64,000 nucleotides of DNA from positions 18,910,001 to 18,974,000 of the forward strand of contig JBHGNT010000007.1 of NCBI GenBank assembly GCA_043228905.1, in the 5' to 3' direction. The stretch's first letter is position 1, and each line of letters begins with the position of its first letter. The notes beneath the pieces are model-generated. The model ran no database searches and was not told the DNA's origin. It saw only the letters and a list, made by a program, of their open reading frames with translations. Shown one piece after another: positions 51,426 through 64,000 of the stretch. The stretch comes from Azolla caroliniana. Taxonomy: Eukaryota > Plantae > Polypodiophyta. The position numbers and the translations under genes are program-made.

Positions 51426-53372
51426 ATGAACCGATACTTGGAGATGGCATCCTCAAGCAATCAAGCGGGAGAGTTCGAAAAGATGATATTGACCGTCGAA
51501 CAAATGATGAGATCTCGAGACAACGATGCGAGCATGGAGAAGGCCGTCGACCGTGTTGTGGAGCTGGAGGGTCAATTGGACGAAAGGAACATTACGAAGT
51601 TCCTTGATGCATAGAAAAGGGAGATGAATCAAAGGGACGTGTCCGAAGCACATCAAATCGCAAGCTTCAAGAGAGTTGTTGCCAACAACATCCAAAGACG
51701 TGTCATCGAGCTTCAAGAAGGCAAGACAACGTGGTCAGAGTTTGAAAGATCAATATTAGCGGAGTTCGCGATGGAAGATTTGTCGAGGATGACTCGACAT
51801 GCGTTGATGAAGTGGATGGAGAAGAAAAATAAGAAGATGAGTGCTTCAAGGGTGTACGACGAGTTCGATGAGATGTTTAGTCATCTCTCCGCCAAGGACC
51901 AAGTGATGCTTGAGGAGGACAAATCTTTGTACTTCCTAAAAGCTGTGGATATGAAGGATAGACGAGAATTGGGGACTCTCCTCGAAGATGATTCCCAAGC
52001 GAATGGGCTTGTGGCAGACTGGGCTGCGGTGAAGAGAGTGTGCAACAAGATCGATAGGCGTCATCAATGGCTTGAAGATATTGACTTGGTAAGGTCAAGC
52101 AGAGAAAAATCAAGACCATCTAAAGAAGTAGAGACGCTTACACAACGCATCCTACGCGAAAAGAAGATTGATGATGACTCAAGGACGGCGAAGGCTACTT
52201 CAAAGGAGGACAAATGTTTCGAGACACGCATCGTGTTCAAAACAACGTATGATGAAGGTGCAAACCTAATCGAAGCTTGCATTAGTGGAGATAAAGAGTC
52301 GAGGCCAGAATAATTGAGGATCTAGCTGCTAAAGACGACATCGAGGAGGTGTCTATGAACAAGACAATAAGCGTTGACAACGATCATGGCTAGATTTTCT
52401 CCACACATATTCTAGAAACTTGGGCAGTTGCGTCCGAGAACCAACATGAGACCCAAAAGATGGAAGGTGGCGAAGAGGAACTGAAGGTCGAAGCTAATAC
52501 ATACGACAAAGAGAGGAGGATAATCAAAGCTTGCTCGATCAAGAAGGTCAATGGGTACGAGGCCCATGAGATTAAAGAGATAGGCATAAGAAATGACATC
52601 AAGTCAGAGGTGGCTATGAAAGAATTAATGGAAGATGGCCACATGGAGGATTCCTTCACACAACTTCCAGAGACTTGGGCAGTTGTAGAGAGCCAATGTG
52701 AGACCCAAGAGATGGAAGGTCGTAGTAAGGAGAAGACCAAGATGGTGTGTACAACATCGAGGTGAAGATAGATATCGACGCATCGATGGTGAATGATGGC
52801 AGTAACAAGACTTTCCCCTCACTGGTTCCAGGGACTTGGGTAGTTGCGTCCAAGAACCAATAGAAGACCCAAGAGACGGAAGTTGGCAACAAGGGGGAGT
52901 TCCAATCTACTATGAAAGATGACATCAAGACAAAGGTGTCGAAGGCGATTGACCAAAGACAAACACATGTTCTAGAGACTTGGGCAGTTGTGGTTCAAAG
53001 CTAACGTGAGACCCAAGAGACAGAACGTGATGGTGGGGAAGCAAAGGTTCAAGCCGACGCAAATAACGATGTCAGAGCGTGGCCGAAAAATACATATGGA
53101 TCTCTCCACACTCGTTCTCGAGACTTGGGCATTAACCGATGTAAGACCCAAGAGAAGGACATTGACGGCGAGGAAGCAAGGGTTGAAGCTAATGTGTGAG
53201 GGAAAGAGGTCAAGCAAAGAACAACAAAAAATGATGAGGGCCAAGTGGCCCAAGAATATTTGAAGGGTATTCCTCAAGATATTGATGTAACATTCAACTT
53301 GAAGGCGGACACTATCATTAAGATCGAGGAATCGATGGAGAACTCTAACATAAGAAGAAACAACAAAGATGG
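51426..53372 (+). pseudogene. Gag-like ORF remnant of an unrelated retroelement with a repetitive acidic tail (continues 58856-59057)
   Basis: ERNITKFL, WSEFERSILAEF and YFLKAVD..DRRELG resemble a gypsy capsid; stops and frameshifts; interrupted by family A copy 3. Confidence 0.5.
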
Positions 53373-53467
53373 TGTCAGGATCAGTACTAAGACAAAGAAG
53401 GAATTAGTACTAAAAGATGAGGATTATTACTAAGAGAGGTGTAGAACTCTCGAGAGAAAGAATGAGT

Positions 53468-53507
<40 letters not shown>

Positions 53508-56500
53508 GTGAGAGAATGATGATAAAAGATATATATTATGTGAAGAGAGTATACAATAGTAGCTAGGAGGCTTAAGACTGGCGTTGAACCGATTTGGTTT
53601 GAAATAATGCCGTGTGCCTCCTTTTATAGTGCTCTCAGGAGTACTCTTGAAGTTTCTAGAATGTTCCAGAGAAATCCAGAATATACATCCATTTTCTATA
53701 ATAAAACATAAATGAAAATAATTTTTTACGTATTACAATGTATGGTCTAATGGTCAAGAGCTCGACCCATGCAACAAAAGGTCATGGGTTTGAGTCTTGC
53801 CATATCATGACACTATCTCCCCTTTAAAACGACGAGTGTCACTTGTCGTTTTGGATTGAGGACCCGGTTTGCCTGGATATTGACGATGGAAGTCTTCAAG
53901 AAGAGCACGAGCGTTGGTCACATTCTCTATCGGTTCTCAAGTAAGCTCACTGGGACTATATCCTAGCCAATCGACTAGATAGTAGAGCTTGTTGCGAACA
54001 ATCTTGGAATCAAGGATGGTGGCAACCTCGTACGCAGGTCCATCTTCAAGCTCGATCGGAGGTGGAGGTTGTGTAATACGTCCTGGGATGGTGCTCTCTT
54101 GATAGGGTTCAAGGAGAGAACTATGAAACACTGGATGTATCCGAAGTTGCGGAGGTAGATCGAGACCAAAAGCGACATCATTAATCTTTCCTATAATACA
54201 GAAAGGACCTAATCGCCGATAATCCAACTTCTCGCAGGGGCGAGTAGTCTTGATGTGTCGTCGTAGTAGTCATACCTGATCTCCAATGTTAAAACCGGAT
54301 GGAAGTCGATGACGATCCGCATAAACCTTGTGTGTTTGTTGAGCTTGTTGGAGATGAGTAGATAAATCGGCTTGTATCTTGCGTAACCGCTCTGAACAAT
54401 CCTCTGTGCAAGGATTTGTGGACAACTCTGGGGTTTCAAATACACACCACCGAGGGTGAGAACCCGTATAAGCATAAAATGGCGTGACTTTAGTCAATGC
54501 GTGGACAGAGTTATTGTAGCCAAATTCGGCGAAGTGAAGAATATCTGCCTAATTATCCTGATGATAGCTTAGAAAGCACCGAAGATACTGCTCCAGCGTT
54601 TGATTTGTTCGTTCTTCTTGGCCATCACTTTGTGGATGGTAGCCGGAGGAGAGGTTACAAGTGACCTTGAGCATTTTAAAAAGGTGCTTCCAGAATTTTG
54701 ATATGAACTGGGGTCCACAGTCGCTGATGATACTATTGGGAAAGCCATGATGTTGACATACTTCACGCATGACAATTTCAGCGGTTTCTTCACTAGATAT
54801 TTCCTTAGTACATGGCAAGAAATGAGCCATCTTCGTATATCGATCTACGACTGTTAGAATCGGATTGAATCCCTTAGAGACTGGAAGATCTGTGATGAAG
54901 TCTAGAGCAATGGATTGCCATGACTTGCTTGGAATTGGTAATGGTTCTAATAAACCATATGGATGATGCCGATAGTCTGTACCTGGTGGTTGCGACTATG
55001 AACAAGATGCTTGAGAGGGATCAATTTGTGCCAGAATCGCTTGGGTGAAAGCATCCGTCTTCAAGTCCTCACGTATAGTATCGATAACGTGGGAATCCAT
55101 GGGCATGCCAAAGACCTATGTTGCTTGCAGTCGTGTCAGTCCCAAGATTACTTGCTTTTGGTTATCAAAAGTTGGCTCACCGGGATGTGGTGCTAGGTAT
55201 GAATGCCGTGATAATGCCTCCGCCTTCCCTTTGTGCTTCCCCGAACGATGTGTAATTTTGAAGTCGAAACGCGTGAGGAAGTGGGCCCACCGAGCTTGAC
55301 GTTGATTTAACACACGAGCGTCCTGAAAGTAGCCAAGGTTTTTGTGGTCACTGAATACGGTGACTTGATGAGAGGATCCCTCTAAAAAATGCCTCCATTG
55401 TGTAAAAGAGTCCACTATTGCCAATAGATCCTTATCATGAATTTCATAGTTGATTTTGGCGGCGTCAAACTTGTATGAGTGAAAAGCCACAAGATGTAGC
55501 TTCTCATCATGACCTCGTTGTGACAGAATGCTCCCCAATGCGTTTGCTTCGATAATGAATGGTTTTTCTGGATCAACATGAGCTAGAATTGGAGCCGATG
55601 TAAATGCCTTTTTAAGACTCTCGAAACCCATGTCCGCTTCTTTAGACCAAACGAACGATTGTCCCTTCCTGGTAAGCTGTGTGAGAGGCAGAACGACCTT
55701 TCAGTAATCCTGTATGAACTTCCGGTAAAAATTGGCAAAGCCTAAAAAGCATTGCACATCTCGCACCGAACGTGGAGTCTGCCACTCTACCACAGTTTTG
55801 ACCTTAGCTGGGTCCATAGAGATGCCTTCCGAGGAAATGACATAGCCCAATAATTCTACCTAGTTGCACCCAAAACTAGACTTTTCCAGCTTTACATAAA
55901 GACCATGTTCTCGAAGTCGTTTTAGTACTAATAGTACATGAGAATCATGCTCTTCTTGGGTTTTTGAATAAACCAATAGATCATCCAAATAGATGATCAA
56001 ATAAACATCCAAGAGATCTCGGAATATATCATTTTCCATGTTTTGGAAGACTGCTAGCGCATTAGTGAGGCCGAACGGCATGACCGTATACTTGAAGTGC
56101 CCATATCTGGTGTGAAATGCGGTCTTCCATTCATCTCCTAGTCGGATCTGTACGAGATATAGGCTCCCCGTAAGTCGATCTTCGTGAAGAACCTGGCACC
56201 ATTGATCCGTTCTAAAAGACTTGAGATAAGGGGAAGTGCATACCTATTTCTGATTGTAACCTTATTCAAGCCACGGTAATCTACAACGAGACGAAGTGAT
56301 CCATCCTTTTCTTCACGAAGAAAATGGGTGCGCCCGCTGGAGATTTCGAATGCCAAATGAAACCATTTTCCAAATTCTCCTCTATATAGGCTCACAAGAC
56401 TTTTAGCTCGGTTGGTTACAAATTGTAGATCGGTCCCCATGGTGGCTCTTTCCCCGGAAGTCAATCGATGGGGCAATCATACGGTCGATGGTGAGGAAGC

Positions 56501-58510
56501 GTATTGGCTTGTACTTTATCGAACACATCGGCATAATGATGATACTTCTTTGGAAGTTGAACGGTGGACTCCTCTTTAATGCTGCCTGAGGGCTTTACTG
56601 ATATTGCGAAGAGAAACATTTCTTCCTTGTGTCCTTCTCGCAACTAATGTAGTGAAATGGTTGCAATCTCATGAGTAGACCCTCAGGCTTTTCGATACCG
56701 GATTTCTCTTGTTCTCCAATCTATGGCTAATTATGTAATTCGAACCATGGTAATCCTAAAACAATGGGGTGTTCTGGGATGCTAATTACATTAAATGATA
56801 CTACACATGCTAAATTATCTAGGACAATATTAACGGTCTCGGACTCTTCTATGATATTTCCGGAAGGAATGGGATGACCATCAATGACTACTACAGAGGC
56901 TGGACACGGGAGTTTTCTGAGTGATATCTGATGAGCTTGGGCAAAGTTCCTATCCATGAAGCAAGAATTAGCTCTGAAATCTAGAAGTGCTAAGACATGT
57001 ACTAGAGGGGTACTTTTAGTACTAACTGTTACTTGGGCTACGAACACATTGCTAACTTGCTTAGAGGGAATGGAACCACTAATGGGCTGCACAGTTCTAG
57101 GGTTGTCCAACCAAACGGCTCCTATTTTGGCTAGACATAGTCATTTAACTCTTCTTCTAACTGACTAAGGACATCAAATTTGTTCGCTAGATTTGGGCTA
57201 TTGGTACTATTAGGACTATTAGATATCCCTAATGAAATAGACTCAAGTTTAGTACAATCAGAACTAGCAACTATTTGGTTTACCTGCCTTCCTGGTCTAT
57301 GGGGACAATTTACCGCGATATGCCCTGGTCCACCGCAATAAAGACATAGTCGGTTTGCTCGGTGTCGTTGCTTTTCTTCTTCCGATAGCGGTCCACGACG
57401 ACATGTGGTGTTAATTTCCATCGGAGTTGGAGTACTTACTTGAGGTGCATTATATGACTCCCTCAGAAAAGATTTCGCTACCACTGAGGCGTAGGTAGGC
57501 TCAGATCTTGCCCTTGGCATCTGGAACTGTCGTTTCGAACGTCATTCAAAGACGCGATTGTCGCATCTCCTTTGCGGCTAATTGCTTCTGTTAATGACTT
57601 TGGTTCTTCGGGAAACGTCAAGAGTAAATCTTTGACATACCAAAATTGCTCCATTAATGCTTGATCATCCCAGGAGATATCAGAGGCGAGTAGACCAAAA
57701 TCTGCAGCGTATGTGGAGGCTGGACGATCGCCTTGACGTAGTCGTTGGATTTTGTTGATTGTTGTCCTTATGCTGTCAGTATCTCCAAAACAGGCTTTAA
57801 ACTCACTTATAAATTCTTCAAAATTGTTTAGTATTGGAGATTCTTTTTATAACAGCGGAACAAACCATGCCAACGTTGAACCACTTAACAATGTGCCTAC
57901 TAAACCCACTCGCGATGCATCGGTGGGATATTGGGAAGGATGCATTTGAATAACTAGTCGTACCTAATTAAGGAACCCTCTAAACTGTGATCGCGTTCCA
58001 TCGAATTTCATGGGAAGGCTGATCTTGGGTTCTTTTTGAATCCCTTGTGTTCCAGGTCCTTGTTGTTGCATCGCTACGATGGTTGCTTTGAGTTGTTGCA
58101 CACGTAATGTCAGCTCCCCATGTTGTTGTTGTTTTTCCTGCGCTATTTGTTGATGATCCCCCAACAAAAGGTGATTTTCTTGTTCTAGTGCTACAAATTT
58201 CTCCTTTAAGCATTGGAGCTCTAGGAAAATAGATTGGTTATCCTAAGCGCTAACAATTTCCATTTTACTAGGGAGGATAAGAGGATTAGTATGAAAGGGG
58301 TAGGAAGATGTGGGAAACCGAAAAGAAGACCAGAAAAAGAGGATATATAAGAAGATAAAAGGAAGAGGAGGAAAAGAGGAGACGGAAGGAGGATGTACCG
58401 AAATCGGTTCAAACTGTCAGGATAGGTACTAAGACAGAGAAGGAATTAGTACTAAAAGATGAGGATTAGTACTAAGAGAGGTGTAGAACTCTCGAGAGAA
58501 GGAAAGAGCG

Positions 58511-58545
<35 letters not shown>

Positions 58546-58850
58546 GTGAGAGAATGATGATAAAAGATATATATAATGTGAAGAGAGTATACAATAGTAG
58601 CTAAGAAGCTTAAGACTGGCATTGAACCGATTTGGTTCGAAATAATGCCTTGTGCCTCCTTTTATAGTGTTCTTAGGAGTACTCCTGAAGTTTCTAGAAT
58701 GTTCCAAAGAAATCTAGAATATACCTCCATTTTCTATAATAAAACATAAATGAAAATAATATTCTACGTATTACAATGTATGGTCTAATGGTCAAGAGCT
58801 CGACCCATGCAGCAAAAGGTCATGGGTTCGAGTCTTGCCATATCATGACA
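53373..58850 (-). mobile_element. Chromovirus family A copy 3, both LTRs intact, coding region decayed
   Basis: LTRs 53373-53812 and 58415-58850, perfect TSD GATGG, self-priming PBS 58401-58412, PPT, all domains including the chromodomain as fragments. Confidence 0.95.
58781..58850 (+). promoter_or_regulatory. tRNA-like Pol III A-box/B-box cassette at the U3 terminus of the family A LTR, antisense to the element
   Basis: TGGTCTAATGG (58781-58791) and GGTTCGAGTCT (58825-58835), offset 44 nt, with AAGGTC variable-loop-like bases before the T-arm; present in every family A LTR. Confidence 0.65.
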
Positions 58851-59958
58851 GATGGACGATGTGGGAAGCATGAAAAATGGTCGTGTAAGGTTCTCGACGT
58901 GCGCATACACTTGAAGATACTACATGTGGTATTCAATGCCATTATTCAAATAACAACTTGTGGAGGAAGACAGAAAACAAAACTGCATGATGGGTCAAAG
59001 TTCCTTGACAAAGGAGATGGTCGTAACGAAGGTGGAACATACATAAAGCCTAAATGATTATGTTCGGAAGGAGAACAAGGGGGCATGACAACTGATCATT
59101 GTAAAGCAAACAATGAGCAAATGATATGGTGGATTGGGTGGCGACAATGGTTCAAGTGAAGGGAATGGACATGCTCGAAAAAAAAAGAGAAAAAAAAGAA
59201 TCATACTAATCATCATAGCCGAAATCTCATGCTCTCTCTTCTTGGCACGTACCAGAGAACGTGCGGTTTGGTGGGGGTGGATGTCGTGAAGATTTTCGGC
59301 AACGGTGTGAAAATTGCGAGGAATGTCCAAAATCGAGTGTGGTTCTTCACACAACATAAAAAAATAATAGTGAAGATACTATTTTATACTAGTTTAATAT
59401 CTTGATACAAAAAGATGGAGGTCTTCAGGAGCTTTAGAATACACTTTACCACATAAGAAACAGACAACTAAGTGGTAAGTTATGTGGGTATGAAGTTTGC
59501 AAAAAAGAAAAGAAAAAACAAAACTACGAAATATCCCACATAGACAGGACAAATACGGATCCTAGAGACTATGATTACGGAGATTAGGTGGAATTTTTGT
59601 TTTGTGAATGTTCGGTAATTGGATCAATAAACCCACAAACATTTTGAGCAAGATAATTGAAATGCAAGATTTTATTTCTTCCATCCCTAAACTTTTTTTT
59701 TTTTCTATTATCTTTAGAATGATGAGGAAGAAACGGATACTCAATGCATAATGAGTAAATATGATCACTAAGGTTGAAGTGATTGAAAAAGAAAGTCACT
59801 TCAGTAGTTTCTATTCAATCATAAGGAGGGCCAAAATCTATTACTTTGTGTCTATGAGTGGATCATGGAATGTTTAAGGTGACTTGAGCTAAACTAAACA
59901 AATGAATGGGTGTGGCCTAACTACTTGTAAATGTTTTGGCCGACCGTAACCAGACGGC

Positions 59959-60267
59959 TGTCATAACTAGACTCGAACCCATAACCTTTTGTTACACGGG
60001 TCGAGACTTTACCATTAGGTTATGAGTTGTAATTTGAAGGATATTATTTTCATTTAGGTTTTATTAGGAAATTGATGTATATTCCAGATTTCTCTGGAAC
60101 ATTCTAGAAACTTCAGGAGTATTCCTGAAGACACTATAAAAGGAGGCGCAAGGCATTAGTTCGAACCAAATCGGTTCAACGCCAGTCTTAAGCCTTCTAA
60201 CTACTGTTGTATATCTTCCGTCATATAATACATATATCTTTTGCATCATCATTCTCTCTCTCTCTCT

Positions 60268-60318
<51 letters not shown>

Positions 60319-63300
60319 ACTCATTCCTTCTCTCAAAGTTCGACACCTCTCATAGTACTAATCCTTCTCTGTCTTAGTACTATTCCCCAACAATAGTACT
60401 AATCCTTCTTTTAGTACTAATTCCTTCTCTGCCTTAATAGAGTTCCTGACAGTTTGAACCGATTTTCCTCCTACTAGTCTCCCTCTTCCTTCTGTCTCTC
60501 TCCTTTCCTACTAGTCTCTTATTTCCCTTTTCCTTCATCCCATGGCCACCGTTAGCGCTGAAGAGTATCAATCCGTTTTCTCGGAATTTCAATGCTTGAA
60601 AGAGAAGTTTCATGCTTTGGAACAAGAAAATCAACGCTTGTTGGGGGATCTTCAGCAAATTTCCTTAGAAAAGCAGCAAACGCAACAACAGCATGGGGAA
60701 CTTGCGTTACGCGTGCAACAACTCGAAGCAACCATCGTAGCAATGCAACAACAAGGGCACGGAGCACAAGGGATTCATAAAGAACCCAAGATTGGCCTTC
60801 CCACGAAGTTCGATGGAACGCGATCGCAGTTTAGAGGGTTTCTTAACCAGGTACGGTTAGTTATTCAAATGCATCCGTCCCGATATCCCACCGATGCATC
60901 ATGAGTGGGTTTAGTAGGCACGTTGTTAACTGGCTCAGCATTAGCATGGTTCGCACCGCTACTAGAAAAGGAATCTCCAGTACTAAATAATTTTGAAGAA
61001 TTCATAAGTGAGTTTAAAGCATGTTTTGGAGATACTGACAGCATAAGGACTGCAATCAACAAAATCCGGCGATTACGCCAAGGTGACCGTCCAGCCTCCG
61101 CATATGCTGCAGATTTCCGCCTACTCGCCGCCGATATCCCCTGGGATGATCAAGCATTGATGGAGCAGTTCCGCTATGGTCTACGCAACGATGTCAAGGA
61201 TTTACTCTTGACTTTCCCTGAAGAGCCAAAATCATTAACAGAAGCAATCAGTCGAGCGGTCAGATGTGACAACCGCCTCTTCGAGCGACGTTCGGAACGA
61301 CAATTTCAGATGCCGAGGGCAAGATCCGAGCCTACCTATGCCTCAATGGTAGCGAAACCTTTTCAAAGGGAGTCACATAATGCGCCTCCAGTAAGTACTC
61401 CAACTCCAATGGAAATTGACACTACACGTCGTCGTGGGCCGCTATCGGAGGAGGAAAAGCAACGACGCCGAACAAACCGATTATGCCTTTATTGCGGTGG
61501 ACCAGGGCATATCGCGATAAACTGTCCCCATAGACCAAGAAGGCAGGTAAACCAAGTCATTGTTAGTTCTGACTATACTAAACCCGAGTCTATGTCAGTA
61601 GGAATCTCTGATAATCCTCATAGTCATAATAGTCCTAATAGTACTAATAGTCCGAATCTCGCAAACAAATTTGATGTCCTTAGCCAATTAGAAGAAGAGT
61701 TAAACGACTAAGTCCAGCCAAAATAGGAGCCGTTTGGTTGGACAGCCCTAGATCTGTGCAGCCCATTAGTGGTTCCATTCCCTCTAAGCAAGTTAGTGAT
61801 GTGTTCGTAGTCCAAGTAGCAGTTAGTACTAAAAGTACCCCTCCAGTACATACCTTAGCCCTTCTAGATTCCGGAGCTAATTCTTGCTTCATGGATAGGA
61901 ATTTTGCCCGAGCTCATCAGATATCTCTAAGAAAGCTCCCATGTCCAGCCTCAGTAGTAGTCATTGATGGTCGTCCCATTGCTTCTGGTGATATCATAGA
62001 AGAGTCGGAACCCGTTAATATTGTCCTGGATAACTTAACATGTGTAGTATCATTTAATATTATTAGTATTCCAGAACATCCCATAGTTTTAGGATTACCA
62101 TGGTTCGAGTTACATGACCCAGACATAGATTGGAGGACAAGGGAAATCCGGTTGCGACAAACCCAAGGATCTACCCAGAAGGTTGCAACCATTTCGCTAC
62201 GTCAGTTGCGTGAGGAAGGGCGCAAGGAGGAAATGTTTCTCTTTGCAATATCAGTACAACCCTCCAGCACCACCAAAGAGGAGTCCACCGTTCAACTTCC
62301 CGAGAAGTATCGTCAGTATGCTGATGTGTTCGATAAAGTACAAGCCAACACACTTCCTCATCATCGGCCGTACGACTGCGCCATCGACTTACAACCGGGA
62401 AAAGAGCCGCCATGGGGGCCGATCTACAATTTGTCACCAACCGAGCTAGAAGTCCTTCGAGCCTATATAGAGGAGAATTTGGAGAACGGTTTCATTCGGC
62501 ATTCGAAATCTCCAGCCGGCGCACCCATTTTCTTCGTCAAGAAAAAAGATGGCTCGCTTCGACTCGTTGTAGATTACCGTGGCTTGAATAAGGTCACAGT
62601 AAGAAATAGGTATGCTCTTCCCCTTATCTCAAGTCTTTTAGAACGGATCAACGGTGCCAGGTTCTTCACGAAGATCGACTTACGAGGAGCCTATAACCTC
62701 GTACGGATCCGACCAGGAGATGAATGGAAGACCGCGTTTCGCACCAGATATGGGCACTTCGAGTATACGGTCATGCCGTTCGGACTCACTAATGCGCCGG
62801 CAGTCTTCCAGCACATGGCGAATGATATATTTCGAGACCTCTTGGATGATTTTTTGATCATCTATTTGGATGATCTACTGGTTTATTCAAAGACCCAAGA
62901 AGAACATGATTCTCATGTACTATTAGTACTAAAACGACTTCGAGAACATGGTCTGTATGCAAAGTTAGAGAAATGTAGTTTCGGGTGCAACCAAGTGGAG
63001 TTTCTCGGCTATGTCATCTCCTCAGAAGGCATATCTATGGACCCAGCCAAGGTCAAAACGGTGATAGAATGGCACACTCCGCGTTCGGTGCGGGATGTGC
63101 AATGCTTCCTAGGCTTTGCAAATTTCTACCGGAAGTTCATACAAAATTACATATCGTCCGGGGAAGCACCAAGGGAAGGCAGATGCATTATCACGGTGTT
63201 CGTATCTAACACCACGTCCCGGTGAGCCAGCTTTCGATAACCAGAAGCAAGTAATCTTGGGTCCAGCACGACTGCAAGCAGCACAGATCTTTGACATGCC

Positions 63301-64000
63301 CGTGGATTCCGACATTACCAATACTATACGTGAGGACTTGAAGACTGACGCTTTCGCCCAAGTTATACTAGCACAAATTGACCCCTCTCGAGCGTCATGT
63401 TCACAATCACAATCACCAGGTACGGATTATCGGCAATTCAAATACTGTGATGGATTACTCTTCTTTAAAGAACTTTTGTATGTTCCTAATGGTTCTTGCC
63501 GCCTTCGAGTAGTACAAATTGACCCCTCTCGAGCGTCATGTTCACAATCACAATCACCAGGTACGGATTATCGGCAATTCAAATACTGTGATGGATTACT
63601 CTTCTTTAAAGAACTTTTGTATGTTCCTAATGGTTCTTGCCGCCTTCGAGTAGTACAAACCTGCCATGACACATATACAGCAGGACATTTTGGTAGTACT
63701 AAAACATTAGATTTAGTACAACGATCATTCTGGTGGCCCCGTATGCGACAATTTGTCGAAGATTTTGTTCGGACTTGCGATACATGCTGCAGAGCGAAAA
63801 TGCCAAGACATCATCCATATGGTTTATTAGAACCATTACCAATTCCAAGCAAGCCATGGCAATCCATTGCTCTTGACTTCATTACAGATCTTCCAGTCTC
63901 TAAGGGATTCAGTGCGATTCTCACAGTGGTGGATCGATATACGAAGATGGCTCATTTCTTACCATGTACTAAAGAAATATCTAGTGAAGACACCGCCGAA
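59959..64000 (+). mobile_element. Chromovirus family A copy 4, runs off the window
   Basis: 5' LTR 59959-60451, PBS 60454-60465, gag 60542-61711 with one TGA, PR-RT open 61738-63147, RNase H largely deleted, integrase start. Confidence 0.93.
63373..63659. repeat. 141-bp tandem duplication in pol
   Basis: ACAAA-bounded units start at 63373 and 63514 and appear identical. Confidence 0.9.

Noticed and set aside
58775-58850. Functional tRNA genes in the LTRs
   Set aside because: No proper acceptor or anticodon stem; reported only as a tRNA-like promoter cassette.
60902-60904. Programmed readthrough or U-to-C editing of the gag TGA
   Set aside because: Two other copies have CGA; CpG deamination is enough to explain it, and U-to-C editing is organellar.

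Overview
This is a eukaryotic, gene-poor window made almost entirely of nested retroelements. It is probably land-plant heterochromatin; a fern or other non-seed plant is my inference from the Tcn1-like chromoviruses and a PLS-type PPR relic. I found no intact host gene. An L1-type LINE on the minus strand (1-24325) is split by three LTR insertions. RTE-type LINE fragments lie further along. There are four copies plus one solo remnant of a chromodomain Ty3/gypsy family (family A), one related degraded element (family B), one complete but decayed Ty1/copia, four solo LTRs of one tandem-repeat-rich family, a tRNA-derived SINE, and a 2.6-kb foldback element. The most interesting signals are: (1) family A LTRs begin with an outward-facing tRNA-like A-box/B-box cassette and show a Tf1-type self-priming PBS plus a -1 frameshift signal; (2) that cassette is amplified five times, interleaved with near-perfect 33-35 bp hairpins, inside the foldback element; (3) two independently inserted copia copies keep Gag-PR-IN but share the same loss of RT/RNase H; (4) a non-autonomous LTR element carries an intronless GH1 beta-glucosidase fragment. 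Coordinates were read by eye and may be off by a few bases; no database search was possible.
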